From assembly GCA_047967505.1 (NCBI GenBank), contig CM106538.1: a DNA stretch of 64,000 bases, one strand, 5' to 3'. Shown piece by piece: positions 10,813-22,889 of the stretch (the stretch's first letter is position 1; every line of letters begins with the position of its first letter). Both the position numbers and the translations under genes were made by a program. The stretch is from Dipteris shenzhenensis (lineage: Eukaryota). Below the pieces are notes generated by a model. It was not told the DNA's origin. It ran no database searches and saw nothing but the letters and a program-made list of their open reading frames with translations.

Positions 10813-13800
10813 TGATCGCCTTGGCAAGGATTTTGTATAGAGTGCCCAAAAGAGTGATGGGTCTCTAATGGAATACAAAATTCATGTTGCCACCTTTCGG
10901 GATAAGGTGTATGAGTCCATGGTTAGTGAGTCAGGCATCTCACCCGATTCCCAAATGCCCTGTAGGGCTGAGGTAATATGATCATCTATCATTTCCCAAA
11001 ATGCTGTAAAAAAAGACGAAGTAAGACCATCGGAACCAGGGCACTTGCCCTTATGAAGGGCGGAGAGAGCAGTCCTGAACTCTGTGTTGGTAAAGCGTGC
11101 ATCAAGTGAGCATATCATCTCTGGTGTGACCAACACAGGTAAACTTTGCCAAATTTCATCTCTAGCTGCATCTCTGGCCTGTGTGTCAGGATCTGTAGAA
11201 AGAAGGGAGGCATAGAAAGCTGTCGCTAAGTGCATGACGGTATCCGGATGAGACTGCAAAACGCCGTCAGAATCAATAAGTTGCTTGACACTCTCTCTAC
11301 TATGTCTGGGACCAAGTCTAGAGAAAAAGTATCTATTGACTCTTTCTCCCATCTGTATCCAAAAGGACTCCCGTGCATGGAAGGTATACTCTGCTCTCTG
11401 ATCAAGCAATGCTTGCAAGTGAGCCCTTGCCACAGCAAGGCGCTCCTGTATCCAAGCATCTGATGGTCGTCTCTGCTCCTCCCTCTGCAAGGCTGCCAAC
11501 TGCCGGCGGATACCAATCTCCCACCTGTCGCCAAGCACTAGCAACAGAGTGATAAAGTCGTTGATACTGGCAAGTGTTGTGGCCACATGTGAAGGTCCGG
11601 CCACCCCCCCTTGCATGTGAGAAACCCAGATCTCCAAGACTGCCTCTGTGAGAGTCTCATCTGTGTATAAGGCATCGGGGATCCTGATACTGTGAGACCG
11701 TCCTCTCAGATGGGGCTCTGAGATAGACAAAACTACCAGAAAATGGTCGGAAGTGGAAACACTATGTGCAATGCAAACTGTCCCCCCTCTATCAAGAGGT
11801 CAGTCACCCACATAGAATCTGTCAATCCGAGCATGGATAGGCATATGCACCCTACGGTTCGACCACGAAAATAAAAGTGACTGAGATTGAATATGAAATG
11901 CATCATCTGACCAACATCTTTGCCACTGAACCTGAACAAGAAGGCATCCCAAGCTGCTCTCTCGAGGGAATAAATACCACCTTCTCTGCCCCCTTGCTTA
12001 TCAGATGGTGCCTCAACCATGTTGAAGTCACCTCCAATAATCCACGAATTTGCAATGTCAGCCTGCGAGAGCAACTCTTTTCAAAACAGAACACGGTCCC
12101 CTTTGTTGTTCGGAGCATAGAGGTTGAGGAAACCAACCTTACGTCCATTAATTATAAGTAAAACCCACTGGGCCCTGGAGGGGGTGATGGTACCGTGTCC
12201 GATGACCAAAGGGAGAATAGAATTTGAAACTGATATGCAGGAAGCCAAAAAATCCGGCCTGAAAGCAGCTTACCTGACTTGGAGCAATCTCTGACATCCA
12301 ATTTGTGTTCTTGAAGAAAAAGAATGTCTAAGGTACCACATGAAACACCTGGATGGAGCTGATTCCTGATTAGCTGTCTGCGACGACGATGAGGAATGCT
12401 GCCCAATCCCTGTATAATCCAACTGGCTATCCTCATCGGTGGAAGGAAGCGGGTTGGAATACCTTATCCGACCTGGTGGCGGAAAAAGAACCCTCCATCG
12501 GAGCTGACCTCCTGCCATACACATGAGGTCCAAGGGGAGGAAAGTCCGAAGGATTCCTACCGAAGCAGGGAGAGAATGTAAGACCCCCTTCCCTCTATCC
12601 ACGGAAGGAGGCACCTGTACTGGGTCCTGATCAAGAAGTGTTGCGGACGAGGTGCCAACAACCTGGGCTGCTGAGGGAGGTACAGCCTGATCCTGGGGTG
12701 GAGTGGAAGAAGGCTCTTGAACACTAGGCTCCAAGGCGTTAGCCTCCCGAGGCTCCAAGGGGGTAGCCTCCGAAGCGGTGGAGGTATGATCTGAAGTAGA
12801 GGGCCTAAACCCACCGTGGGCTAGAAGTGGTATGGGGTGCAGGAGGGAATCGAGTAGCCCTAGGAGGGGGGGGGAGCCCATGTCTGAGGCGGAGCCTGTG
12901 GAGCGGTAGGTCCTGCTCCTGCTCTCTGTCATAAGCTAGTACGAGTTGGTTGCTTTTTGGGCCTCTTTTTCTTCTTTGGGCAATCTCTGGCGAAGTGCCC
13001 CGAGGATCTGCAAATCCTGCACTGGTCCTGTCGACCTGCAACCTCAAATATCTGGTGGAAGAAAGACCCATCGGGTCGCTGTAGCATGATGTGGTCATCT
13101 AAAATATTAGGGTCTTGGACAATGACCCTAACCCTGGGTATCCCATCGATCCTGACTGCCTCAGTAGCCGAAGAGGGCTCGCTAGGAAGAGGGGGGATCT
13201 CTGCTACCACACCAAACCTCTCGCCAATAACTGAAAGAAGCCGGTGATAAATTGAGAGGAGACTAGGGAACCTGACGAAAATAGAAACTCCCTGCTTGTC
13301 CTCTTCAATTGGGTCAAAGCCCAGTTGAAAGGAACACAAAAAAATCCTCCTATAGCCTAGAAATAGAAACTCGGCCTATAGTAAGTCTCTCGTGAAGTTC
13401 GGGGAATCTAGGCACACCTGAAAGAAACCTCGTCCCAACAAACGAACATCCTTAAGGTGGGGGGCGAGCTCCTAGGGAAGCGCCGCAAGCATCCAATCTC
13501 TAGAATGTGATCTGGAGGGGTGTGAACCAAAGATGCGTGCGAAGAGAGTCGTGGAACACTCATGCTCCAAGTCCTTTTGCTACTGCTGCAGCTCATCTTT
13601 TGAAAATGTGACGGTTCTTGCGGCCAGTGTGTGTGCTAACGGATTGACTGAATGGGTGCCCATTCATCAATCAAGGTGGGAAAGGCCAACTCAAACACAC
13701 AAAAAAAAAACTCCATCCGTTCTTGATGCTCAGGAGACCAACAAAAAACGGGGGTACACCTGAAGGGAGAGGGTGAAGGAAGGAGGGAGAGAGGAGAGAG

Positions 13801-13865
13801 AGCAAGCTAGAAGAAGTAGGGGATAGGTTGGACGAGGAGGGAGGTTGAAGAAGGAGGGAGCTGGA
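10813..13865 (-). mobile_element. LINE-A copy 1, 5' part: C-rich leader, ORF1 (about 13663-12433) and APE endonuclease/linker of ORF2, frameshifted
   Basis: CRICRSSGHFARDC knuckle; MRIASW..LFLQEHK, GGDFN and HKGKCPGSDG; colinear with 17359-20480. Confidence 0.95.
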
Positions 13866-14587
13866 AGGGGGAGGGCAGCAAGGGAGAGGGGGTTTCGATT
13901 TTCCGAGCAAAAACCCTCGAGCGACGAGCGGACAAAAGGTGGGAGGGGTCAAAATATATAGGCTCAAGTCATTTTTGGGGAGCAAAAAATTCCAAATTAT
14001 TTTAAGGAATATGTAAGTAAATATGAAACATTGATAAATAGATATAGATATAAATATACCTTTATATAATATACATATATAATGTCCAAGTGGTGACTTA
14101 TTTTATGACTTTCAAAAATCCTTTCTTTTCCTTTCACCATTGCTTGGATTTTGAGCAAATATCCTCTTTACGGTTCCTCGGGATGACCTAAGAAAAATAA
14201 ATAGTATCTTTTTAATAGACTCTCTAAGTGTATTTTGCCCAAGGAATATGGTTTGAAGAGCTTGCCCCAACCCTATTCCACCGGCGAAATACCCTTGGAA
14301 AGCCTACGCAGAAGGGGTCATAACTTTTGCTCCTTAGCTCAGATTGAGGAGCTGTAAAAAGGAAAAATGTTCAAAATTTAATGATCTATGCAATGGTGGG
14401 CTTAAAATTATACTTTTTATAGTAATAAAGAGAAAAATTAAAAATTTCAAGATGTATATGAGAGTTACAACTTCTCCCTAATTCATATTATGGTAGGAAG
14501 GAGTTCAATCGAGACTGCATTTCCTTAAAAGTACTTAGGTGTAGAGAATTGGGAATATTTTTAAAATCCCTACCTTGCCTTCCCATA
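13866..14587. repeat. AT-rich cassette, partial copy (segments a+b)
   Basis: Near-identical to 21212-21937; contains CCTATATATTTT on the - strand (13951-13962) and a 25-bp inverted-repeat motif at 13900-13924. Confidence 0.9.
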
Positions 14588-14686
14588 AATTTTTTTTTTT
14601 TGGCAAAAAGAGACTTCTATTAAGTATTAAAGAAAGACCGTTAGAGCAAGCTCCATACGGGATACATCATGCAATGCACGAAAAGC

Positions 14687-17600
14687 TCAAGAGCCAAAAA
14701 GAAAGGATTGAGGCTGAAAGTGCCATCTCAATCCAGTAGAAGCCTCCGAGAAAAAGGGAGAACCCCTCCAAACTCGAAGAAAAATAGTCCTTCTAGAAGA
14801 GGCTGCCCGTGAAGAACCCTGCATGCTAGCCCATATGGCTATCAAAGTGTGAACCGTGTCAGTCCAAATACCCGTGAACACCTGCAATGGGTGTATCTGG
14901 GTGCCATCCAAGGCATCAGTACATCTGGCTCTCCAAATGTGCCAAGAGGAAATGCTAGCCAAAATCTCCCAAGAGGTGTCCACTGAAACATGAGAAGCTC
15001 TGAAGGGAGTAAGTGGTACATCCTGTAGAGAGCAGGGCTCTATCATCTGCCGGCGGACCGAGAGTGCCCAAGAAGAAGGCTCACCCTCATAAAACACCTG
15101 GGGCCCGGTAAGAGATAACCATGCGACCGAGCCCCAAGTCATGAAGAAAGGGGATGTGTGAAAGATACTGAGTATCCGAGCAACCCCTTTCCAAACAGTC
15201 GTCGCCTGACTGCAGTCCCAAAGGCAATGTCGCACTGACTCCTCTGCAGAGTGACATCGAGGACAAGTGGGATCAGCCCCAAAACGTGATCTTCACAGGT
15301 TCACTGCAATCCCTCCATGAATAGAAAGCCAAAAGAAAAGAGTGATCTTTCTATTTCTGAGGGATTTCCAGAGCCTCCTCCAGAAGTTTCTACGTAAGTC
15401 TGCGGTGATGAAGAAGCTTTCCCAATGGGGGGCTCTGGAGGGAATCCAACCCCTACTGTTCAGCTGAAACCTCCTGGCATTACCAACCGTGAAACGAAAG
15501 AAGGGAATCCCCCTCTCTCGGTGCCCATGATCTATCCATTCCCACTTTCCTGGGTCCCACTGCAAGCACATGATAGGTGCACCTCCATATAACCACAACC
15601 TCCAGGATCCCAAGGCCAAGAGCAGAGGGTCGGGGTCTAAGTACCACTGCAGGCCCGCTCCAAGGTCCACAAAACCAGCAATCCTGACAGGCTGAAAGGC
15701 AACCTCAAGAAGAATGCCATCCCTGGATGTAGAAAGTAAACCTCCATCCCCAACATCAAATACCAGTGCGTCTTCCCCGAGACCTCGGAGAGCGATCACC
15801 TGTAAAGGAACTGATGTCCACGAAAAAGCTCCCATCCAAGTGGTGGAAGTAAAAGGCAGCTCAACTGTCCATTCCACCGGGATGGCTGCATCTATCTGCT
15901 GAATCCTGCGTGCTACCCCTCTGAGGTGACTCACGGACTGCAGTCTCTGATCCACAGGTAGCCTGATAAAAGATTTCCAAGTGCCTACTGTGTAGGCGGG
16001 GCCCCTCTCCCATTTAGACCACTGCATGTAATGGGAAGTGCCCAATGGTCTGGCATGCTCGTCAAGAATACTATCATTCCAAATGATCGGCTGCCTATCA
16101 ATCTCTTCGACGGTAGAAGGTGGAATCCTTCGAAGAGTGTTCCTGAAGCTCCCCCAAGCTTTCAGGATGGCAGTCATGAGAGGAGAGGCAGGAGATCTGA
16201 GAGGGGCTGATGTGAAAATCCAGCGAGGGCTGTCCACCCAATCATCTCCCAAGGTTGGTGTGCAAGCCTGAATGCGTCCAAAAAAGAAATCCTTCCAAGG
16301 TTCCTGCCCAGACATGAGTCCCCTCACCACCACCTTACAAAGCAATGCCCTGCACTGCAAGTCCGGGTCAATGACATTAAGGCCCCCTTCACATGTAGGG
16401 AGAATAATGGTCTCCCAGGCCACCCTTGCTGCAACATCTGCTGTGCCATCAAGTCCACTCCATAAAAAATTCCTGACTGGTCTGATGAGCTGAGTGATGC
16501 AATCCCTAGACCAGCACCAGCAAGAACACACGAACCAGGAGGTGGCCAAGAGAACCTGATTCACTACCACAACTCTAGATGCAAGGTCAAGTTTGGTAGA
16601 GCTCCAGAATAGGAGCTTTTTCCTTATACTTTCTAGTACTGGGGCAAACTGCTGTGCTGGAGAGATGTCCAATCCTACCTGGCATCCCAAATACCTGATA
16701 GGAACACCCCTCTGAATCCAGGAAAAACCAATGTCAACACCCCAGCCTGGAGTGTCTTCATCACTGATCCAAAAGCCAGAGGATTTATGCCAGTTAATGT
16801 GTGCCCCTGCAGCTGAGCAAAAAATGTCCAAGGCTGTCCGGAAAGAATCAAGTGATTGCAAGGAGGCCTGAATAAAAATAGCAGTGTCATCAGCCAACTC
16901 ACAGTCAAAAAGCTCCTGCTCCTGTCTCAAGGGCAGTCTCAGCCCAAAAAGCTCAACCTGAGATCTAAGGAAGATACTCATAGCTTCTGCCACAAAAAGA
17001 AAGAGGAAGGGGGCTAGAGGGCATCCCTGACGAACTGATCTGGAAATCTGAAACCTGTCACCCCTTACTCCTCCAATCAAAACCTGGCTGTGGGCTGATC
17101 TGTAAAGGGAGGCCACACCTCTGATCCAAGCATCTAAAAATCCAAACCGTAGAAGAGTGCCCTCAAGAAAACCCCAATCTACTCTGTCATAGGCTTTCTC
17201 GAAGTCCAAGAGTAAAACTGCTAGCCTCTGCCCACTCTGCATAGCCCACTCTGTGGCTTCCCAAAAGGAAAAGATATTATAAAAAATGCTCTTGCCATGC
17301 ACAAAGCCTGTCTGAGTATCATGGATCAGGTCTGGAAGAAGGGGTTGTAGTCGGATGCTGATCGCCTTGGCAAGGATTTTGTAAAGAGTGCCCAAAAGAG
17401 TGATGGGTCTCCAATGGGATACAAAATTCCTGTTGCCACCTTTCGGGATAAGGTGAATGAGTCCCTCGGTCAATGAGTCAGGCATCTCACCCGAGTCCCA
17501 AATGCCCTGCAGGGCTGAAGTAATATGATCACCTATCATATCCCAAAAGGCTATAAAAAAAGGAGGAGTAAGACCATCAGAACCAGGGCAGTTGCCCTTA

Positions 17601-19018
17601 TGAAGGGCAGAAAGAGCAGCCTTGAATTCTGTGTTGGTAAAGAGTGCATCAAGTGAGCATAACATCTCTGGGGTGACCAACACAGGTAAACTCTGCCAAA
17701 CTTCACCTCTAGCCACCTCTCTGGCGTGTGAGTTCGGATCTACGGAAAGAAGGGAGGTATAAAAATATGTCGCTAAATGCATGATGGTTTCCGGATGGGA
17801 CTGCAAAACGCCGTCAGAGTCAATAAGCTGCCTGACACTCTCTACTATGTCTGGGGCCAAGTGTAGAGAAAAAATGTTTATTGACTCTCCCTCCCAATTG
17901 TATCCAAAAGGACTCCCGTGCATGGAAGGCATACTCTGCTCTCTGATCAAGCAAGGTCTGCAAGTGAGCCCTTGCGGCAGCAAGGCGCTCCTGTATCCAA
18001 GCATCTGATGGTTGTTTCTGCTCCTCCCTCTGAAGGACTGCCAACTGCCGGCGGATACCGATCTCTCGCCTGAGTACCTCACCTCGTCGAGCACTAGCAA
18101 CTGAGTGATAGAAGTCGCTGATACTGTCAAGTGCTGTGACCACATGTGAAGGACCGGCCACCCCCCCTGCATATGAGAAACCCAGATCTCCAACACTGCC
18201 TCTGTGAGAGTCTCATCCGTGTATAAGGCGTCTGGGATCCTGATACTGTGAGACCGTCCTCTCAGATGAGGCTCTGAAATGGACAAAATTACCGGAAAAT
18301 GGTCTGAAGTGGAAACATCGGGTGCAATGCAAACTGTCCCCCCTCTATCAAGAGCCCAGTCATCCACATAGAATCTGTCAATCCGAGCATGGATAGGCAT
18401 CTGCACCCTATGGTTCGACCATGAAAACAAAAGTGACTGAGACTGAACAAGAAAGGCATCATCTGACCAAGCATCTCTGCCACTAAACCTGAACAAGAAG
18501 GCATCCCAGGCTGCTCTCTCAAGGGAGTGGATACCACCTTCTCTGCCCCCTTTCTTATCAGAAGGTGCCTCAACCATGTTGAAGTCACCTCCAATAATCC
18601 ATGAATCCGCAATGTTAGCCCACGAGAGCAACTCTTTCCAAAACAAAACACGGTCCCCTCTGTTGTTTGGAGCATAAAGGTTGAGGAAACCAACCTTACA
18701 CCCGTCAATTAGAAGTAAAACCCATTGGGCCCTGGAGGGGGTTATGGTACCGTGTCCAATGACCAGAGGGAGAATAGAGTCTGAAACTGAAATGCATGTA
18801 CCTCCTCTGGTTCCCAAGGCAGGAAGCCAAAAAGTCCGGCCTGAAAGCAGCTTACCTGACTTGGAGCAATCTCTGAAATCCACTTTGTGTTCCTGAAGAA
18901 AAAGAATGTCTAGGGAACCACCTGAAACACCTGGATGGAGCTGATTCCTGATCAGCTGTCTGTGACGGCGATGAGGGATGCCGCCCAATCCCTGTATATT
19001 CCAACTGGCTATTCTCAT
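14687..19018 (-). pseudogene. LINE ORF2 (APE endonuclease + reverse transcriptase + zf-RVT-type CCHC)
   Basis: SWNIQGL, LQEHK, GGDFN, ARIDRFY, SDH; WRPITLL, LDFEKAYDRV, RQGCPLAP, LADD, YLG; premature TGA at 15293-15295; two compensating frameshifts around 17838-18165. Confidence 0.95.
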
Positions 19019-20391
19019 CGGCGGGAGGAAGTGGGTTGGAATATCTTACCCGACCTGGTGGCGGAAACAGAAGCCTCTACCGGAGCAGACCTCCTGCCAT
19101 ACACACGAGGTCCGAGGGGAGGAAAATCCACAGGTGAGAGAGAGAAGGATCTCTCAACAGGGATGCCGATAACTGGCTCTCCAAAAGTAGAGGGTACGAA
19201 ATCATCATCTGGGAGGCTAGAGAGGTCCTCCAAAGCGGAAAAAGAGTTCCGTTGAGCCAGTGCTGGGGAGGGGGTACGAAGGATTCCTACCGAAGCAGGA
19301 AGAGAATGTAAAACCCCCTTCCCTCTGTCGAAAGAGGGAGGCACCTGTACTGGATCCTGATCAACAAGTGGTGCAGACGAGGTGCCAACTACCTGCGCTG
19401 CTGAGGAAGGTACAGCCTGATCCAAGGGTGGAGTCGAACAAGGCTCCTGAACAGTAGTCTCCTCCTGAGGCTCCAAGGGGGTAGCCTCCGAAGAGGTGGA
19501 GGAGTGAACTAGAGTAGAGGGCCTAGCCGCGACTGGAACCCACCGTGGGCCAGAGGTGGGGTGGGGTGCTGAAGGGACTCGAGTAGCCCTAGGAGAGGGG
19601 GGAGCCCGAGTCTGAGGCCGTGTCTGTGGAGCGGTCGGTCCTGCTCCAGCTCTCTGTCGTAAGTGAGTACGAGCTGGTTGCTTTGTGGGCCTCTTTTTCT
19701 TCTTTGGGCAATCTTTGGCGAAGTGCCCCGAGGATCTGCAAATCCTGCACTGGTCCTGCTGACCTGCAACCTCAAATCTCTGGCGGAAAAAAGACCCATC
19801 GGGTCGCTGTAGCATGATATGATCATCTGAAATACTGGGGTCCTGGACAATGACCCTAACCCTGGGTACCCCGTCCATCCCGACCGCCTCAGCAGCCGAA
19901 GAGGGCTCGCCAGGGAGAGGGGGGATCTCTGCCACCACACCAAACCTCTCGCCAATAACTGAAAGAAGCCGGTGATAGACTGAGGGAAGACCAGGGAACC
20001 TGATGAAAACAGAAACTCCCTGCTTGTCCTCTTCAACTGGGTCAAATCCCAGTTGAAAAGGAAACAAAAAGATCCTCCTCTAGCCTAGAAGTAGAAACCT
20101 GGCCTGTAGCAGGTCTCTCGTGACGTCCGGGGAATCTAGGCACACTTGAAAGAAACCCCGTCCCAACAGACGAACATCCTTGAGGTGGGGGGCGAGGTCC
20201 TGAGGAAGCGCTGACAGCATCCAATCTCTAGCTTGTGACCTGGAGGGGTGTGAGTCATGAATGCGTGCGAAGAAAGTCGTGGAACACTCATGTTCGAAAT
20301 CCTTTTGCAACTGCTGAAGCTCGTCTTTTGAAAAAATTACAGTTCTCGCGGCCAGTGTGAGCAAAGACGGATTGACTGAATGGGAACCCAT
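19015..20391 (-). pseudogene. LINE ORF1 (gag-like, CCHC Zn knuckle), one frameshift near 20075
   Basis: ORFs 20080-20391 and 19015-20067; CRICRSSGHFAKDC; stop overlaps the ORF2 ATG (ATGA). Confidence 0.9.
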
Positions 20392-20818
20392 TCGTCAATC
20401 GAGGTGAGTTGGCCGATTCAAACACAAAAATAAAAAACTCCGTCCGCTTTCCTGAATCCCAGGAGACCCCTATAAGAAAATAGGGGTAATCCAGATGGGG
20501 AGGAGAAGGGAAGGGGAAGGAGAAGGGAGGAGAAGCAGCAGCAGGCTGCAGCGGGGGGGAAGCAGCAGCAGGAGCGGGGGGGGAGCAGCAGCCTGCAGCG
20601 GGGGGGGAGCAGCAGCAGGTGCGGGGGGGGAGCAGCAGGCTGCTGCGCAGGGGTAGCAGCAGCAGGCGCGGGGGGGGGGGGGAGCAGCAGGCTGCTGCGC
20701 AGGGGGACCAGCAGCAGGCGCGCGGGGGGGGGGGGGAGGCTGCAGCGCAGGGGGGGGGGGCTGCAGCGCGGGGGGAGGCGCAGTGTAGGGGAGAGGGCAG
20801 GAAGGAAGGGGCAGCGAG

Positions 20819-22340
20819 GGTGGGCTTAAAATTATACTTTTTATAGTAATAAAAGAGAAAAATTAAAAATTTCAAGATGTATATGAGAGTTACAACTTCT
20901 CCTTAATTCATATTATGGTAGGAAGGAGTTCAGTAGAGACCGCATTTCCTTAAAAGTACTTAGGTGTAGAGAATTGGGAATATTTTTAAAATCCCTACCT
21001 TGCCTTACATATTTGATAATGTATTAGAGATTAATTTATGATCGATTATAATGGCTTCAAGTATGAGGTTTCTAATATCTTTTTCCTACTCATCCAAGGA
21101 ATATGGTATACATTGTTATATGAGAGCTTCAAATATGGGATTGCTAAAGATTAGGGAAAGTCTTTTAAATTGATTGAATTACCATAATACTCAAAAGACA
21201 GTATGGTAGGGAGGGGGAGGGCAGCAAGGGAGAGGGGGTTTCGATTTTCTGAGCAAAAACCCCCGAGCGACGAGCGGACAAAAGGTGGGAGGGGTCAAAA
21301 TATATAGGCTCAAGTCATTTTTGGGAAGCAATTCCAAAATATTTCAAGGAATATGTAAGTAAATATGAAACATTGATAAATAGATATAGATATAAATATA
21401 CCTTTATATAATATACATATATAATGTCCAAGTGGTGTTTTATTTTATGACTTTCAAAAATCCTTTCTTTTCCTTTCACCATTGCTTGGATCATGAAATT
21501 TTGAGCAAATATCCTCTTTACGGTTCCTCGGGATGACCTAAGAAAAATAAATAGTACCTTTTTAATAGACCCTCTAAGTGTATTTTGCAGAGGAATATGG
21601 TTTGAAGAGCTTGCCCCAACCCTATTCCGCCGGTGAAATACCCTTGGAGAGCCTACACAGAAGGGGTCATAACTTTTGCTCCTTAGCTCAGATTGAGGAG
21701 CTGTAAAAAGGAAAAATGTTCAAAATTTAATGATCTATGTAATGGTGGGCTTATAATTATACTTTTTATAGTAATAAAAGAGAAAAATTAAAAATTTCAA
21801 GATGTATATGAGAGTTACAACTTCTCCCTAATTCATATTATGGTAGGAAGGAGTTTAGTAGAGACCACATTTCCTTAAAAGTACTTAGGTGTAGAGAATT
21901 GGGAATATTTTTAAAATCCCTACCTTGCCTTCCCATATTCGATAATGTATTAGAGATTAATTTATGATCGATTATAATGGCTTCAAGTATGAGGTTTCTA
22001 ATATCTTTTTCCTACTCATCCAAGGAATATGGTATACATTGTTATATGAGAGCTTCAAATATGGGATTGCTAAAGATTAGGAAAAGTCTTTTAAATTGAT
22101 TGAATTACCATAATACTCAAAAGATAGTATGGTAGGGAGGCATTTATAGAAGTTTCTAAAGTGTTCACTATTTGTTCATATATAGATGATGTTCTCTAAA
22201 ATGAGGGTTATAATGTAAAATAAGCAAGTATATGGTTCCATAAATGAGAAATTAAGAAAGAATTGTATATTCCTTTGAGAAATATACAAGCATGGCGGTG
22301 TCAAAAACTATCGCTCGGACTTTTTTGCTCGGAAACTGTG
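20819..22340. repeat. AT-rich cassette: partial copy b+c (20819-21213) then long copy a-b-c-d (21212-22340) with imperfect 25-bp inverted ends; possible non-autonomous DNA transposon
   Basis: 20819-21213 matches 21744-22140; 21246-21270 matches the reverse complement of 22311-22335 at 21/25 positions. Confidence 0.75.
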
Positions 22341-22349
22341 CATATTCCA

Positions 22350-22820
22350 AGGGAGAGAAGGGAAAGGGACAGCAGGCGTGTGAAGAGGAGAGAGGGAGGG
22401 GAGGAGAGAAGGAGGGGGGGAGAGGAGGAGAGAGGGGGGGGGGGGGGGGGAGGTGCAAGCAGCAGCAGCCTCGGGGGGGGGGGGCGCGGGAGCAATAGCG
22501 AGGGGGGCAACGAAGGCAGCAGCAGCGCGAGGGGCGCGGGAGCAGCAGCGGGGGGGGATAGCGCAGCAGCAGTGCGGTAGGGGGTAGCGCGGGAGCAGGG
22601 GAAGGGGAGGGGAGGAGAGGAGAAGGGAAGGGGTAGCAGGTAGGGAGGAAGGGGAGGGAGGAGGCAGCAAGGAGGGGAGTGGAGGGGAGGGCAGCAGCAG
22701 GGGAAGGGGAGGGGAGGAGAGGGGAAGGGAAGGGGTAGCATGTAGGGAGGGAGGGGAGGGAGGAGGCAGCAAGGAGGGGAGTCGAGAAGAGGGCAGCAAG
22801 AGGAGCGGGGAGCAGCAGCA
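22350..22820. repeat. G-rich low-complexity tract resembling the LINE-A leader
   Basis: G runs and GCAGCAG units like 20490-20818; internal duplication of about 70 bp. Confidence 0.8.
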
Positions 22821-22889
22821 ATCATGTGCCCATATTTGGCATGCCATAACTCTGCATTCTGCATGCCAGCAGTGGAAGTGCTTACTCAT
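22821..22889 (-). mobile_element. Tiny Copia GAG-pre-integrase fragment from another family
   Basis: Translates as AELWHAKYGH. Confidence 0.5.

Larger units (their letters stand above)
14590..20818 (-). mobile_element. LINE-A copy 2, essentially full length (6.2 kb) with A12 tail, inactivated
   Basis: T12 at 14590-14601; ORF1, APE, RT and C-terminal CPRC..H..C domain present; C-rich leader at 20490-20818. Confidence 0.97.

Noticed and set aside
22252-22889. Pro/Leu-rich ORFs as extensin-like genes (also 20288-20875 and 60437-60802)
   Set aside because: By-products of C-rich low-complexity tracts.
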